The translations under genes and the position numbers were made by a program. Below the pieces are notes generated by a model. The model made no database searches and had not been told where the DNA came from. It saw nothing but the letters and a program-made list of their open reading frames with translations. A stretch of 64,000 nt of DNA, from contig MU054001.1 in the NCBI GenBank assembly GCA_013239625.1, positions 3,574,167 through 3,638,166 of the forward strand, given 5' to 3'. The DNA comes from Lama guanicoe. Lineage: Eukaryota. Below are positions 1-10,563 of this stretch, in pieces (position 1 is the stretch's first letter; each line of letters starts with the position of its first letter).

Positions 1-250
1 AATATACATAACATAAAATGTATCATGTAACCATCTTGAAGCATACATTTAGGGCCATTAAGTACATTCACAATTTTGTACCACCATCAGCACCATCCAC
101 CTCCAGAACTTCTTCATCATCCCAAACTGAAACTCTATATCCATTAAACAATAACTGCTCATTTCCACCCCCTAGCCCTTTGCAACAACCATCCTACTTT
201 CTGTCTCTATGAACTTGACTATACTCTAAGTACATCATATAAGTGGAATA
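1..250 (-). mobile_element. L1 (L1MA/L1MB-type) 3' UTR fragment
   Basis: Typical reverse-strand L1 3' end text: 'ccagaacttcttcatcatcccaaactgaaactct...ctactttctgtctctatgaacttgact...catataagtggaat'. Confidence 0.8.
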
Positions 251-296
251 AACCTTGTGGTTTTAAACTTTATGTTTTGTAGAACTTCTTACCTGC

Positions 297-806
297 TGTG
301 ATGGTGAATTTTATGTTTCAACTTGGCTGGCCAGAGGGTACCCATATAGTTGGTCAAACATTATTCTGGGTGTTTCTGTGAGGGTATTTTGGGTGAGATT
401 AATGTTGAAGTCAGTAGACTGAGTAAAGCAGATTGCTCTCCCTAGTATGGGTGGGCCTCATCTAATCAGTGGAAGGCCTGAAGAGAACAAAAGGCTGACC
501 TTCACCTAGTAAGAAAGAATTCTCCCTCCTGATGACTTTCACAATAATGAGCATTGGCTTCTCCTGCCTCATGGTTTTTGAAATGAGACATCAGGTCTTC
601 CTAGTTCTCCAGCAGCTTCCAGCCCCTGAGACAATAGCCCTGCAGATTTTAGACTTGTCAGCCTTCATAACTGTGTGTGAGCCAATTCCTTATAATAAAT
701 CCATGTGTGTGTGTGTGGGTGGGAGGTTGGGTGGGTGGGTGTGTGCATGTCTGTGTACATATATCTCCTATTAGTTCTGTTTCTCTGGAGAATCCTGATG
801 AATCAC
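297..806 (+). mobile_element. MLT2-type ERVL solo LTR
   Basis: Starts 'tgtgatggtgaattttatgtttcaacttggctggcc', contains 'agactgagtaaagcagattgctctccc', a TG-rich tract, and ends 'tattagttctgtttctctggagaatcctga'; resembles the MLT2 consensus. Confidence 0.85.
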
Positions 807-1503
807 CCACACTGGCCAGGACTGAGATTTTTCCTGCAATATAGACAACTCAGAAACTAAGCTGAGTCTCATGTCTCTAGCTAATGCTTGTGACTGTAAT
901 TCACTTATGCCATGTACAGACACAGATGTCTCTCAGGGGCTTCCTTGGTGAGAAAAGTAGAAGCTATGTTTTTTAGCAGGTGCCTAAGGAAAGACTATGG
1001 GTTTTGTCCTATGTCTTTGCAGTAGTTCCCGCTGAAACATGCATCTCCCAGTAATGGCTCACAGATATTCCTTGTTCCCTCCTTCCTGTTGTCCATTAAA
1101 TAGGATTAGAAATGGAGAAAATTAGAGCAAGGGTGGGCAGCCAAAAATCAGGTATGGACTCATGAGATTCAGGTTTAAAGTCACTACATCTATCTGATAG
1201 TGGTAACAGCTTTGTGCTTTGTAGGCAAGGAAGGAACCATGAGGAGGGAACAGAGCCAGTAGGGCTATATCCACCATTCCTACCCTTCAAAGAAGTGGAA
1301 AATGCTGCTGGCTGGAATACACTGAAATAGTTTATCTTCATATCTGCCCACGGGTAATGTTTTCTCCCTGCCTGCATTCATTCTTGGTAAAGTTCTACTT
1401 TGCAATAGAGAAGTGTGGTCAGCAAGTGCAGTCACCTCCACACTATTTTTACTGTGGCTCTTCCTTGTGCTTTTCTCAAATGGTCTTATATGTGTTTATC
1501 TCT

Positions 1504-2380
1504 GTATCAGTAAGGCTCACTCCAGAAAGGCAGAATCCAGCCTGAATATTCCACAAAGAAGGAATTTAATATAGGGGATTGGTTACAGAGCTCAGAGAAG
1601 AGCTGAAAAGCCAGAAGGGACCGTGGGCCAATCAGAGATTAAAAATTGCAGGAATCCACTACGTTCTCTAGGTGGGAGGGTCCGAGGCAGGAGGCTAGAG
1701 TCCAAGGTAAAAGCTGTCAGATGGGATCTAGAACTACAGAGGAGAATGAGCCCCTGTCCAGGGCACCTCTGAGACAAGAGAGAAGGGAGCAAGTCACAAC
1801 CATTATAAGAATGACACAGCAATTGAGGATAGGTCATAAACTCGTTAGAACCAACCAGACCCAAGACAGCAAAAGATTCAACTTCTGGTAGCCCTTGAGC
1901 CTCATTATATGCCCGTTGTAATACATCAGCTGCTAAATGACACACCCACAGGGGCCATGACAGTTCCCAGGCTGACCATTAAAGGCCAAAAAGTGGGTGG
2001 GGAGGCCCAATTCCTGGATCCCTGACTCTCCCCCGAAATAGATGGAATAACCCACTCGTTAGCATATGAAATTACTTAGCCCATTAAAGCTAACAACTCT
2101 CTACCCTGGCATTGCCTCTCTTGCCTTCTGAGACAGCCTGCACTCTGTGGAGTGTGTATCTCCCTGAGTAAATATGATTTCACTTTACTATGGCTCGCTC
2201 TTGAATTCTTTCTTGCGTGGAAGACAAGAATCTACTCTCTCAGCTGCACCTCCATCGGCTGAACCCAGCTGGACACCAAGAGATGAAGGAGACTGTGGTG
2301 CATCCTTCAGGGACCAAGCCTGCCGGGCAGGGCAGAGCAGAGCACAGGATAGCTGAGGGAGGCACCTGAGGGAAAACAGT
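1504..2380 (-). mobile_element. Ancient LTR (family uncertain), split by the MER41-like LTR
   Basis: 'tgtatcagt...ggaatttaatataggggattggttaca' before the insert and 'catcggctgaacccagctgg...cagagcag' after it both resemble old mammalian LTR sequence. Confidence 0.5.
1770..2248 (+). mobile_element. MER41-like ERV1 solo LTR
   Basis: TG...CA ends with a 4-bp TSD CCTC (1766-1769 / 2249-2252). Internal text 'gacacacccacaggggccatgacagtt', 'gttagcatat' and 'ttcactttactatggctcgctcttgaattctttcttgcgtg...aagaa' parallels MER41. Confidence 0.8.
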
Positions 2381-2489
2381 TCCCTAAACTGAGATGGAGC
2401 CCAAAACAGGCATTCCAGTCACACGTGACCCAGAACAAAACAAGACCAACAAAAGCTTTTTAAAATCAATATTGCATAGAAAATTCAGA

Positions 2490-2625
2490 AAAGGATCACA
2501 CTTGGGTGTAAACACCAGCTTCTCCTTTGCAAGCTACGTGACATTGGGTGAATTTTTTAATCTCTCTGAACTCCAGTTGTAAACAAGGATAATTTCAGTA
2601 TATTTCTCAAAAAATGTCATGAGAT
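2490..2625 (+). mobile_element. MIR SINE fragment
   Basis: Core 'agctacgtgacattgggtgaattttttaatctctctgaactccagtt'. Confidence 0.7.
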
Positions 2626-3381
2626 ATTGTGGGAAAAAGCCCAGACTTGAAGCATGCCTTTTCTCATTTACTCAGAATCTGCAGGCACGAAGCAATCAGG
2701 GCCCCCAAGCTGAGCTGGGGCACTTTCCCACCTCCCTTCTTAACATATCAATCTTACTGGTTCTCTTTTATTTTCGAGATGTAAGCATTTATCTGTAATA
2801 CCTAGTACATAATACTTAATCCAGTATACAGGTATTTGTACATAAATAAATGTAATTTTAGACATAAACACAATATATAAACATGATCTCTTTCACCTGC
2901 ACCTCACCCCCACCCCCCACCTGCCCCGCTTCCAGAAAATGCTTTGGAATCCAGAGGAAGAAAAAGTTCTTGTACTCACAAGCAAACAAACTTCAAAAGG
3001 CTATTTCATTTGAAAAGACATTCAGACATACATTTTGAAAATCAGGGGGGCCACAGTAAATGAGGTCAAATATACATTTGAAAAGAAATTCAAATGTCCC
3101 TTTAGAAAGTAGGAGTCACTGGCTCAGTTCAGAAGAACAAAGAGAAGCAAGACCCTGAGGACCTGGAAGGGGTCCTGAGGATTGTTCTAAGACGTGCAAC
3201 TGTAAGCTCATTTTTGGTTGGCTAAGTGCTTCAATTTTTTAAACATGTGACATGAAGCTCTATTGATTATGAAGGGGTTGGTTTTACTATCAGAGGATTA
3301 AATAAGGTGATGTAAAAAATACATGTAGTGCAGGATCTGGAATGGAAAGAAGGGCTTAAAAAATACTAAGCTGCATCAAGA

Positions 3382-3384
<3 letters not shown>

Positions 3385-3414
<30 letters not shown>
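3385..3414. repeat. (TG)n microsatellite
   Basis: About 15 uninterrupted TG units. Confidence 0.97.
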
Positions 3415-3418
<4 letters not shown>

Positions 3419-4089
3419 GACGCATGTGCACACTCACACTCACACATGTGTAATTAATGTTAAGGAGTGTAGACTGGTGGCTTTGCTCCTCTGGGTCTGC
3501 TCTCTCCTGGATCGGCTGGCTGAAATGATAGGAGAATTGGGGCAGTAGAGGGAGGAGGAAGAAAATGAGTGGATTAAAAACAAATTTGGCAGCCTAGTAC
3601 CATGACATATTTTATGTGGCAATCAGTTGGAGGTGTGAGACGAGTGGGTTTTGTTTGTTTTCAAACTTTAATAGTTAAAATGCCAACGTTTGCTAATAAT
3701 TCTCACACATTAGAGCTATTCAAGTCTGTGCATACACAGATGCCACTCATTTGCATGCTGGGCACTTCATGGAGTAGGTGTGGAAATGGCACGTAGACCC
3801 GGTTCACCTCAGGTCATGTGCTGTTCATGGAAAATCAACCACATGTTCATGGATGTTGCTTGCCATGTACGTTTCTGGCACCAGGCTGGGAACCCTAAGT
3901 GTCAATGTTACGAAAACAACTTTGGAGCATGTCTCTGGTGCCTTTTTTTTTCATCACGTTCCTTTTTCCAAGATGACTCTCAGCTTAGAGTGGTCTAGAC
4001 TCTTTTGGGGGGGCAAAGGTCCTACAAGATCTTCCAGGGAGCTAGCTCACTCTCTTTCCTGAAGAGGGATGAGGTGGGGAGGAACTAGA

Positions 4090-5995
4090 CAACTTTAAGC
4101 CATCTTGTGATCAGCAGGTAGATCCTTCCATGTGAGTTTTCTCCCCTTTGGGTAGCCCAGGACCCCAAGCCTATCCCCAAGCTCCAAACAGGCCAACCAG
4201 TGTCTAAAGACTCAAGTCAACGCAAGGTCTAGTTCTTGGTCATGGATGAAGACTAGATCATATGGGCTCGGAGTTCATAGGTGTCTTTGATGCCCAGCAA
4301 CTCTTGACAGGTTTAGCTGTAGAAACACCAAACAAATAGCTACCACAGAAGTGAGACTGTTACTTTCATTTATTCACATACTGCTTTTTAAGCAACAAAA
4401 TCCTTTCTCTAAGGATGTTGCTCTTTGAAGCACATCATCCAAACTTGGCTTGAAAGCCCAAGAAACTCTTTGTTCAAGGTGAGAAAGTGTATAGATTTGA
4501 TTGAGAGAAGAAAGGAGAAGGTGGAAATGCAAGATATGGGCCAAAGAAAGGTGATCTCAGGTGATATGGTGAAAGAATCTTGGAATGAGAGGAACCAGCG
4601 TTAAGTCCCAGTTTGTTTCACACCCTTCACACCCTTGGGTGGCTGGCGCCATCTCAGACGAGTCACTCGATCTTCCAGGCCTCAGTTTCCTCATGTGTCA
4701 AATGCGAATAATCACAACACTGGTCCTGCCAGCCTCACTGGGGTACAGTGAGGATTTGATGAGGATTTGAACCTGCTTTGCCAACTTGAAAGCAACATAA
4801 AAGAGATTATTTTCTTGTAATTAGTATTATTAGGCATTGTTCCTGCCCAAGCTGTTTTCACTGTAGTTGGGGAGATAAGATGACCCATGAAACCGTTAGA
4901 GAACTGCACAGTGCGGTATCTGATTAATTGAAGATTGTTTGGTGTCCACTTATGGAGGAATAAGACCTAGAAGGATACCAGAGAAACCTTCAAGAATGTG
5001 GTGGTCCTTGAGGTTGCCTGGGAAGTGGAAACTGCTTGGGATGAAAAGTTTGAAATGGTGGAAAATGATGGTTGAGAAATTACTTTCTCCAAGGGTTATG
5101 GTCAGGGGCACCCTTGGGCCACTTCCATGACAGTCAGCCTTACAAACATACCCACCTCTACCTGACCTGGCATGTCCCAGGGGATTCTGGGAGAGTTTCC
5201 AAGAGGATCAATTCTCTCTAATTGATAACTGTGGTTCCTTGAGGGGGTGGCCAAACCTGCTGAAATTATCCTGACCCGAATTCAAGCTGGAGTTTTAGCT
5301 GCCCCTCAATAGTGACTTTTTTGCAAGTCATTCCCTTATCTGAAGTCCATTTAATGTTTCTGTAATTGTGTTTTGACTTTGGAAGTCTTCTGTGGGATAT
5401 GAAAAGGGGTAAGGGATGTAAGTGAACTTTCACACCTGAAAGGGGTTCATCAGTCTGTGAAAGATTTATTTTCTCCAAGCAAGTGTAATCCTCTCCATAG
5501 CTGAGAATGTGATTGAAATTTTTTTGGTTCCCCAGTCACCCAGCCCTGGGCTCAGCAACCAGCTGCCACCCAAATAGCTTATGGACAGATAGTTAGTGCA
5601 GACAACTTATTTAAGTCTTTCAAGTTCTTTGCAGTTGTCCGGCAGGTGGGGAAGCTCTAGGTGGTGAAGGCAATTAAGAGGAGCTGGGAGTGGGGGTTCC
5701 ATCTTGTGTTCAGTTGTGAGGTTGTGTTCACCTGGGAGAGATGTAAGCAAGCCCTTAGGATCCCTTGTGCCAGATTTAGTCCCAACCCAATTCCAACATT
5801 TCTGCTCATCTTCTGGGTTCACCTAGACACTAAAAAGTGAGGTAAATCTGACAACAGAACTATGTTGGTCATCTTTGATATAGAGGCATGATTTGGGGGA
5901 CTCCCAAGTGAAGAAGCCCACCGCAAGCCATGGTTCAATTTGAAAATAAGACAACATCCTTTCTCTTCCATATCTTTTGCTGGGAAATTCCTAAA
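4090..5995 (-). mobile_element. Highly decayed LTR-retroelement pol relic (connection, RNase H, integrase; ERVL/Gypsy-type), non-coding
   Basis: Hand translation of the minus strand, with frame changes and stops, gives motif-like peptides in pol order: GISQQKIWKRK (~5991), SYWVAAG..GDW..KKFQ..LWRG (~5580-5490), VKVHLH (~5430), WKLSQNPLGHAR (~5201-5166), VMEVAQGCP* (5131-5102), ILEGFSG (~4997-4977), HLISPTTVKTAWAG (~4884-4843), SWQSRFK (~4785), KLTW(K/E)G.YLLI (~4140-4110). Confidence 0.55.
4566..4760 (+). mobile_element. MIR SINE (inserted in the pol relic)
   Basis: 'ggcctcagtttcctcatgtgtcaaatgcgaataatc...gtgaggattt'. Confidence 0.85.
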
Positions 5996-6017
5996 GTCTC
6001 AGCTTTAATCACCAAGT

Positions 6018-6600
6018 CATTTATTCATTTTTTTTTAATTCAACAAATATTATCGAGTGCTTGCTCTAGGCTTGGCTCTTGGCCAGGTGCAGTGAATTTC
6101 ATGATAATTAAAATTGACCAGGTCCTTGCTTTCCTGTAATTTATATTCTAGGGAAGGACAGAGACAACACCTCATTGAACAAAAACTTACTATTTCAGGT
6201 GGTGAAAGGGTTTTGAAAGAAAGAAGCAGGAAATATCTCAGGCTTGCAAGTTCCTTTAAAAAGTAGAGTTCAGGGGACTTCCAGGAGGCAATGGCATTTG
6301 AGCCAAGAGCTACCGGATAAGGATGAAAGGGTTAGTTAAAGAGTTTGGGAGAGAGAGGCATAGATAAGAGCAAGGATAGCATATGCAAAGGCACTGAGGC
6401 AGCAAAGACTTTGGAATGTTTAAAGAACTCAAAGAAGCCAGTGTGGCTGAAGAGGAGGAAAGGTGTGAAGATATGAAGGTGAGAGGGGGAGGCAGGGCCA
6501 ATCATTATGGAACCTTGGAGGCCTCGTTAGAGGTGTGGATTCTGTTCTGGATCTAACGAGACCATTCAAGGGTTTTAGATAAAGAAGCGATATGAAGTTC
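6018..6600 (-). mobile_element. L2 LINE 3' fragment
   Basis: 'cattt attcattt...caacaaatattatcgagtgctt' L2 tail followed by 'gcaaaggcactgaggc...gaagccagtgtggctgaag'. Confidence 0.8.
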
Positions 6601-6619
6601 AGGTTGGAAGCTTCTCCCT

Positions 6620-6815
6620 TGGGCTTCCACTGTCCCCTATAAGTCCTGTATCATAGCACTCCAGGGCACTTAGTATAACGGCATGGTTACTTGTCTGTCC
6701 CCACACCCCCACCCACTAGTGATGTGAGTTCCTTGACCCTTCCGTTACTGAATCCCTAGCACCTCATCCAGAACATGATATTTGCTAGATACTCAATAAA
6801 TATTTACTGAATGGA
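6620..6815 (+). mobile_element. L2 3' end
   Basis: Ends 'tagatactcaataaatatttactgaatggaat'. Confidence 0.75.
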
Positions 6816-8139
6816 ATCAAATTTGTATAAAGATAGCTAAAACCCTGAGGGAGCAGATGGCAAATACTAAAGGAATCAGAGGCTCAGGGTTGAAGGGATT
6901 CAAAGCCAGTCACTTCTGGTTGGGTAGTCAGGGAAAGCTGCCTGGAAGAAGGGCCCTTGAGTCAGAGATCTGAAGGATGAGGAGAATGTAGATAAGGGAA
7001 GGGGAGGGGAATCAAGGCAGATGAAGCCATGGGTCCAAAGACTGCCAGCCTCTTAAAGAATTAAAGCTATGAGTGTTAATTTTATTGAGCTTCCAAAGCT
7101 AAGTGGATCAGAAATACACACAAAAGACAATTCTGGGAGAACTAGACTAGCTGGAGCTCTTTCCCACGTGTGGCTTCACCCTTTGGGTTCGTACAGTTGA
7201 CTGTGTGTGCCCTGGGGGGTGGGGTTGGAACAGAGTCTCCCCTTCCATCAGCTGGTGAATTTCATGCTCGGCCGTGACAGCAAAACCACCGACCAGTCCC
7301 ATCCCTCAAAACATCCCAATATTTCTTGATAGACACTTCTGCTGTCTTATGTGCAATAGAATTGTAATCACCTGTATTTAAAACTAATGGATTTGAAATA
7401 ACCTGCAGGCTTCCACTTTAATGAGAGTTAGATTAATGAAAAAGGACCTTTTGCCTCAGATTGCATGACAACATTTTCAAATTACATTCCTGGAACAGAG
7501 AATTCACTTATTCAGAGTAATTGGATGCTGACTTGGGTTAATACGTACAATGTCCTTAAATGAAAATGTTCTATTGTAAGTGGAACTGTATGATACCTGA
7601 GGCTTTCTCAATAGATTTGGTTGGACTCTGAGTTAATTATACTGCACGCTATTTTTTGAATGAATTCAAGCATGAATTCTACACGGTAGAGATTGGGATA
7701 ATTATATTCAATTCTGCTTGGTGCCCCGCTGAAAGAATTGACCTTTTAGATAAAACGAGTCTCCCGAGCAAGAAACCTGAAGAAAGTCTACACAAAGCCG
7801 GCAGATGTAAGAGCAGAGAAAGTCTTAAGTAAGAGGGGGAGGGGGCGCGGGGGCCGGGGGGAGGCGGGCTTGAGGAACAGTAGCATCAGCAAGATTGATT
7901 TTTTGTCACAGGAAAGTATTTCTGTTTTGTAGCTTGTTTTGTATCCTTGGTACATAAAGGTATAATTTAAAACCATTGATTTTACTAAGCTGTTTTCTCA
8001 TCAGTAATACGGCTAAAAAGTAGCAGCATAAAGAATGAGAAGCCAACCAAAAAAGCAATCTCTGGCTGATCTCTGGGTAGGAGGACCCCAGGAATGAGCA
8101 GAGCGGGTGAGTGAGGCTAGCACTGTCCTGAGCACCGTA

Positions 8140-8335
8140 GTCTGGGGCTGAGAGTGTGGGCTTAGAAGTCAGATCGCATGGCTTTGAAGCTTGACTTGAC
8201 TACATATGAGCTGTGTGACTTTAGACTAGGTGCTCACCCTCTCTGAGCCTCAGTTTCCTTATCTGCCAAATAGGCTAGCCTCATAGGGTTGCTGTGAAGA
8301 TTAAATGGCTTTGTAAAGCACTTTGCGTGATATGA
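8140..8335 (+). mobile_element. MIR SINE
   Basis: 'gagctgtgtgactttagac...ctctctgagcctcagtttccttatctg...catagggttgctgtgaagattaaatg'. Confidence 0.9.
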
Positions 8336-8849
8336 ATATCCAGTCACTATCAGCTGCCTTTATAAATATGTTTCCTCCTGGTCTTGAAATCTCTTCCCAC
8401 AGGAAGACAAAGGAAAGGTAACCCAGTGTGAGGATTAAACCCATCAGGAGGATTAAAAAGATGTCTCCCCTTGGGGAGAAGGGGAAACTAAAAAGCAGAG
8501 CCTTCTGGACACTGCGTGTCAAAGAGGCATCCTTTGAAGGCTGTAACTGGGCAGGGTGAGACAACCAAGTCCTTGTCTCCTGTGCAGCCTGGGGCCAGCC
8601 AGGCGTGCTCGCCAGAGGGCAACCCAGCACCCAACTAAAGGGATGCACCCACTCCTGCAGCCTCCCTGAAAGCAGAGGACTGCGTGCTGTCTCCTTGGCC
8701 CAAGCTCCCTTTCACACTCGGTAAGAGGCCTCATCATTCCAAGTGTAAGAGCCTACAACATCACAAACAGCATCTGTCTTTGAGCAAGTCCCATGCTCTC
8801 ACCACCCCTGGGAGTAGAAAGATGACTTAATCCTTCAATCTGACTCTTT

Positions 8850-9112
8850 CAAAAAAATATTTGGAGTAGATTTTCTTTAAATGAAGTGTAGTCGATGTAC
8901 AATGGTGTGTTAACTTCAGGTGTAGTGATTCAGTGTCCATATGTACATATAGATATTCCTTTTCACATTCTTTTTCATTATAGGCTGTTATAAGGAACTG
9001 AATATAGTTCTCAGTGCTACACAGTAGGACCTCATTGTTTATCTATTTTATATATAGTGGTTAGTATCTGCAAACCCCGAACTCCCAATGTATCCCTCCC
9101 CACCCCCTAACC
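8850..9112 (-). mobile_element. Younger artiodactyl/camelid-type L1 3' end, 5'-truncated
   Basis: 'gaatatagttctcagtgctacacagtaggacctc...tatctattttatatatagt'; flanked by imperfect TSD caatctgactcttt (8836-8849) / cagtctgattcttt (9113-9126). Confidence 0.85.
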
Positions 9113-9278
9113 CAGTCTGATTCTTTGTAAGTGTTGGTGAAACGCTCTTTACTGACAGCGTGTCCACCGGCATCAACCTTGTTGAGTTTACGGGGCCCCT
9201 CTCCCAGTGAAGTTCCATTTCTCTGTTCTGTCCTGACCTCAGCCTTCCCGCTGGAAAATACGCTTATCCCGTACCCTC

Positions 9279-9751
9279 CGTATTAGTTTCCTATGCTGCT
9301 GTAACAAATTGCCATGAACTTGCTGGCTGAAAACTAGAGAAATGTATTCCCTCACAGTTCTGGAGGCCATAATTCTGAAATCAGCACCACTAGTCAAAAT
9401 CAAGCTGTCAGCCACAGTCCCGCCTCACACTTGGAGAGGCTGTTCTTTGCCTCTTCCAGCTGCTGGTGGCTGCGGGCATGCCTTGGTTTTCGGCTGCATC
9501 ACTCCACCTCTACCTCCCTAGTCACATTGCCGAAGAATGTCTTCTGATTTGATCTGTGTCAAATCTCCCTCTGCCTCTCTCTTATAAGGACACTTGTGAT
9601 ATCAAATAGGGTCCCCTAGGATAACAGATAATCTCCTCGACTTAAGATCCTTAGCCTAATCATATCTGCAAAAGCCATATAAGAGAATATTCACAGGTTC
9701 CAGAAATTAGGACCTGATATCTTTACGGACCACCGTTCAGCCTCTCCACCA
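9279..9751 (-). mobile_element. MLT1 (MaLR) LTR, MLT1B/C-like
   Basis: 'gtattagtttcctatgctgctgtaacaaatt...cacagttctggaggcc...ctctcttataaggacacttgtgat...cacaggttccag'. Confidence 0.9.
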
Positions 9752-9961
9752 GCTCACAATGCAGCCCCTCTCCTCTACATTTATTGGGAGACTTCAACCT
9801 GGTCAGCACCCTGCTGGCTTTGTCTTCACTCCAAGGGTAAGCATTCACTGACCCTGGGCTTTGTGGGGGGTTCAGGCTCCTCCCCTGCCCCCTCCTTCCC
9901 AGGGGCCAGTCTTCTAACCACCTCGGAGGTGCTTCTCAGGAAGGCTGAGTTCTCCCTCACC

Positions 9962-10563
9962 TGTAACATCTGTGGTTTGGAGTAGCAGAAGCCTGGATTT
10001 CCTTTGGGGGTCCATCTCCCCGTGGAGAGGAGTGTAGCTCTGCCCATGTAGTATAAACGGGGCCAACCCACTCAAAGTCGTTCCTTGAACATTAGACCTG
10101 ATTTAAAACTTGCTGGTGACTTGGTAAGAGTGATGGTGACAGATATGAGACCCAGCATGGCCAATCAGAGTGCTTTATTCCCCTGGTCCAGGGTGAGGAC
10201 TTCTGAGATGGGTATGTGACCTAGGTCACAATGAGACTCAGACCCAACTTGAGCTAGAACTATTGGACGGGGGGTGGGGGGGCATCTCTTTCTTTCTGAT
10301 GGACTTGAAGTTGGGAAGATATAAGTCCACAGCTGCTGGGTGCTGCCATTTGGGGGTTTGCCTGAAAGTGGAGCCAACAAGAGGAAAGAAGAACCAAAAC
10401 ATGGAGGAGAAATCTAATAGCTACTGACTGACTTTTGAATCCTGGATCCAACCATACCTGAAACTGTCACTATGCTTAACTTTAAGTATCATAAACCATA
10501 TGTCACCCTTTTGTGCTTAAGTTTGTTTCTGTCACTTGCAATAAGAGAGTTCTTACTAACATA
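9962..10563 (+). mobile_element. Old MLT1 (J/K/L-like) LTR
   Basis: 'ggccaatcagagtgc...atgtgacctagg', 'ggatccaaccatacctgaa', ends 'ctgtcacttgcaataagagagttcttactaacata'. Confidence 0.75.
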
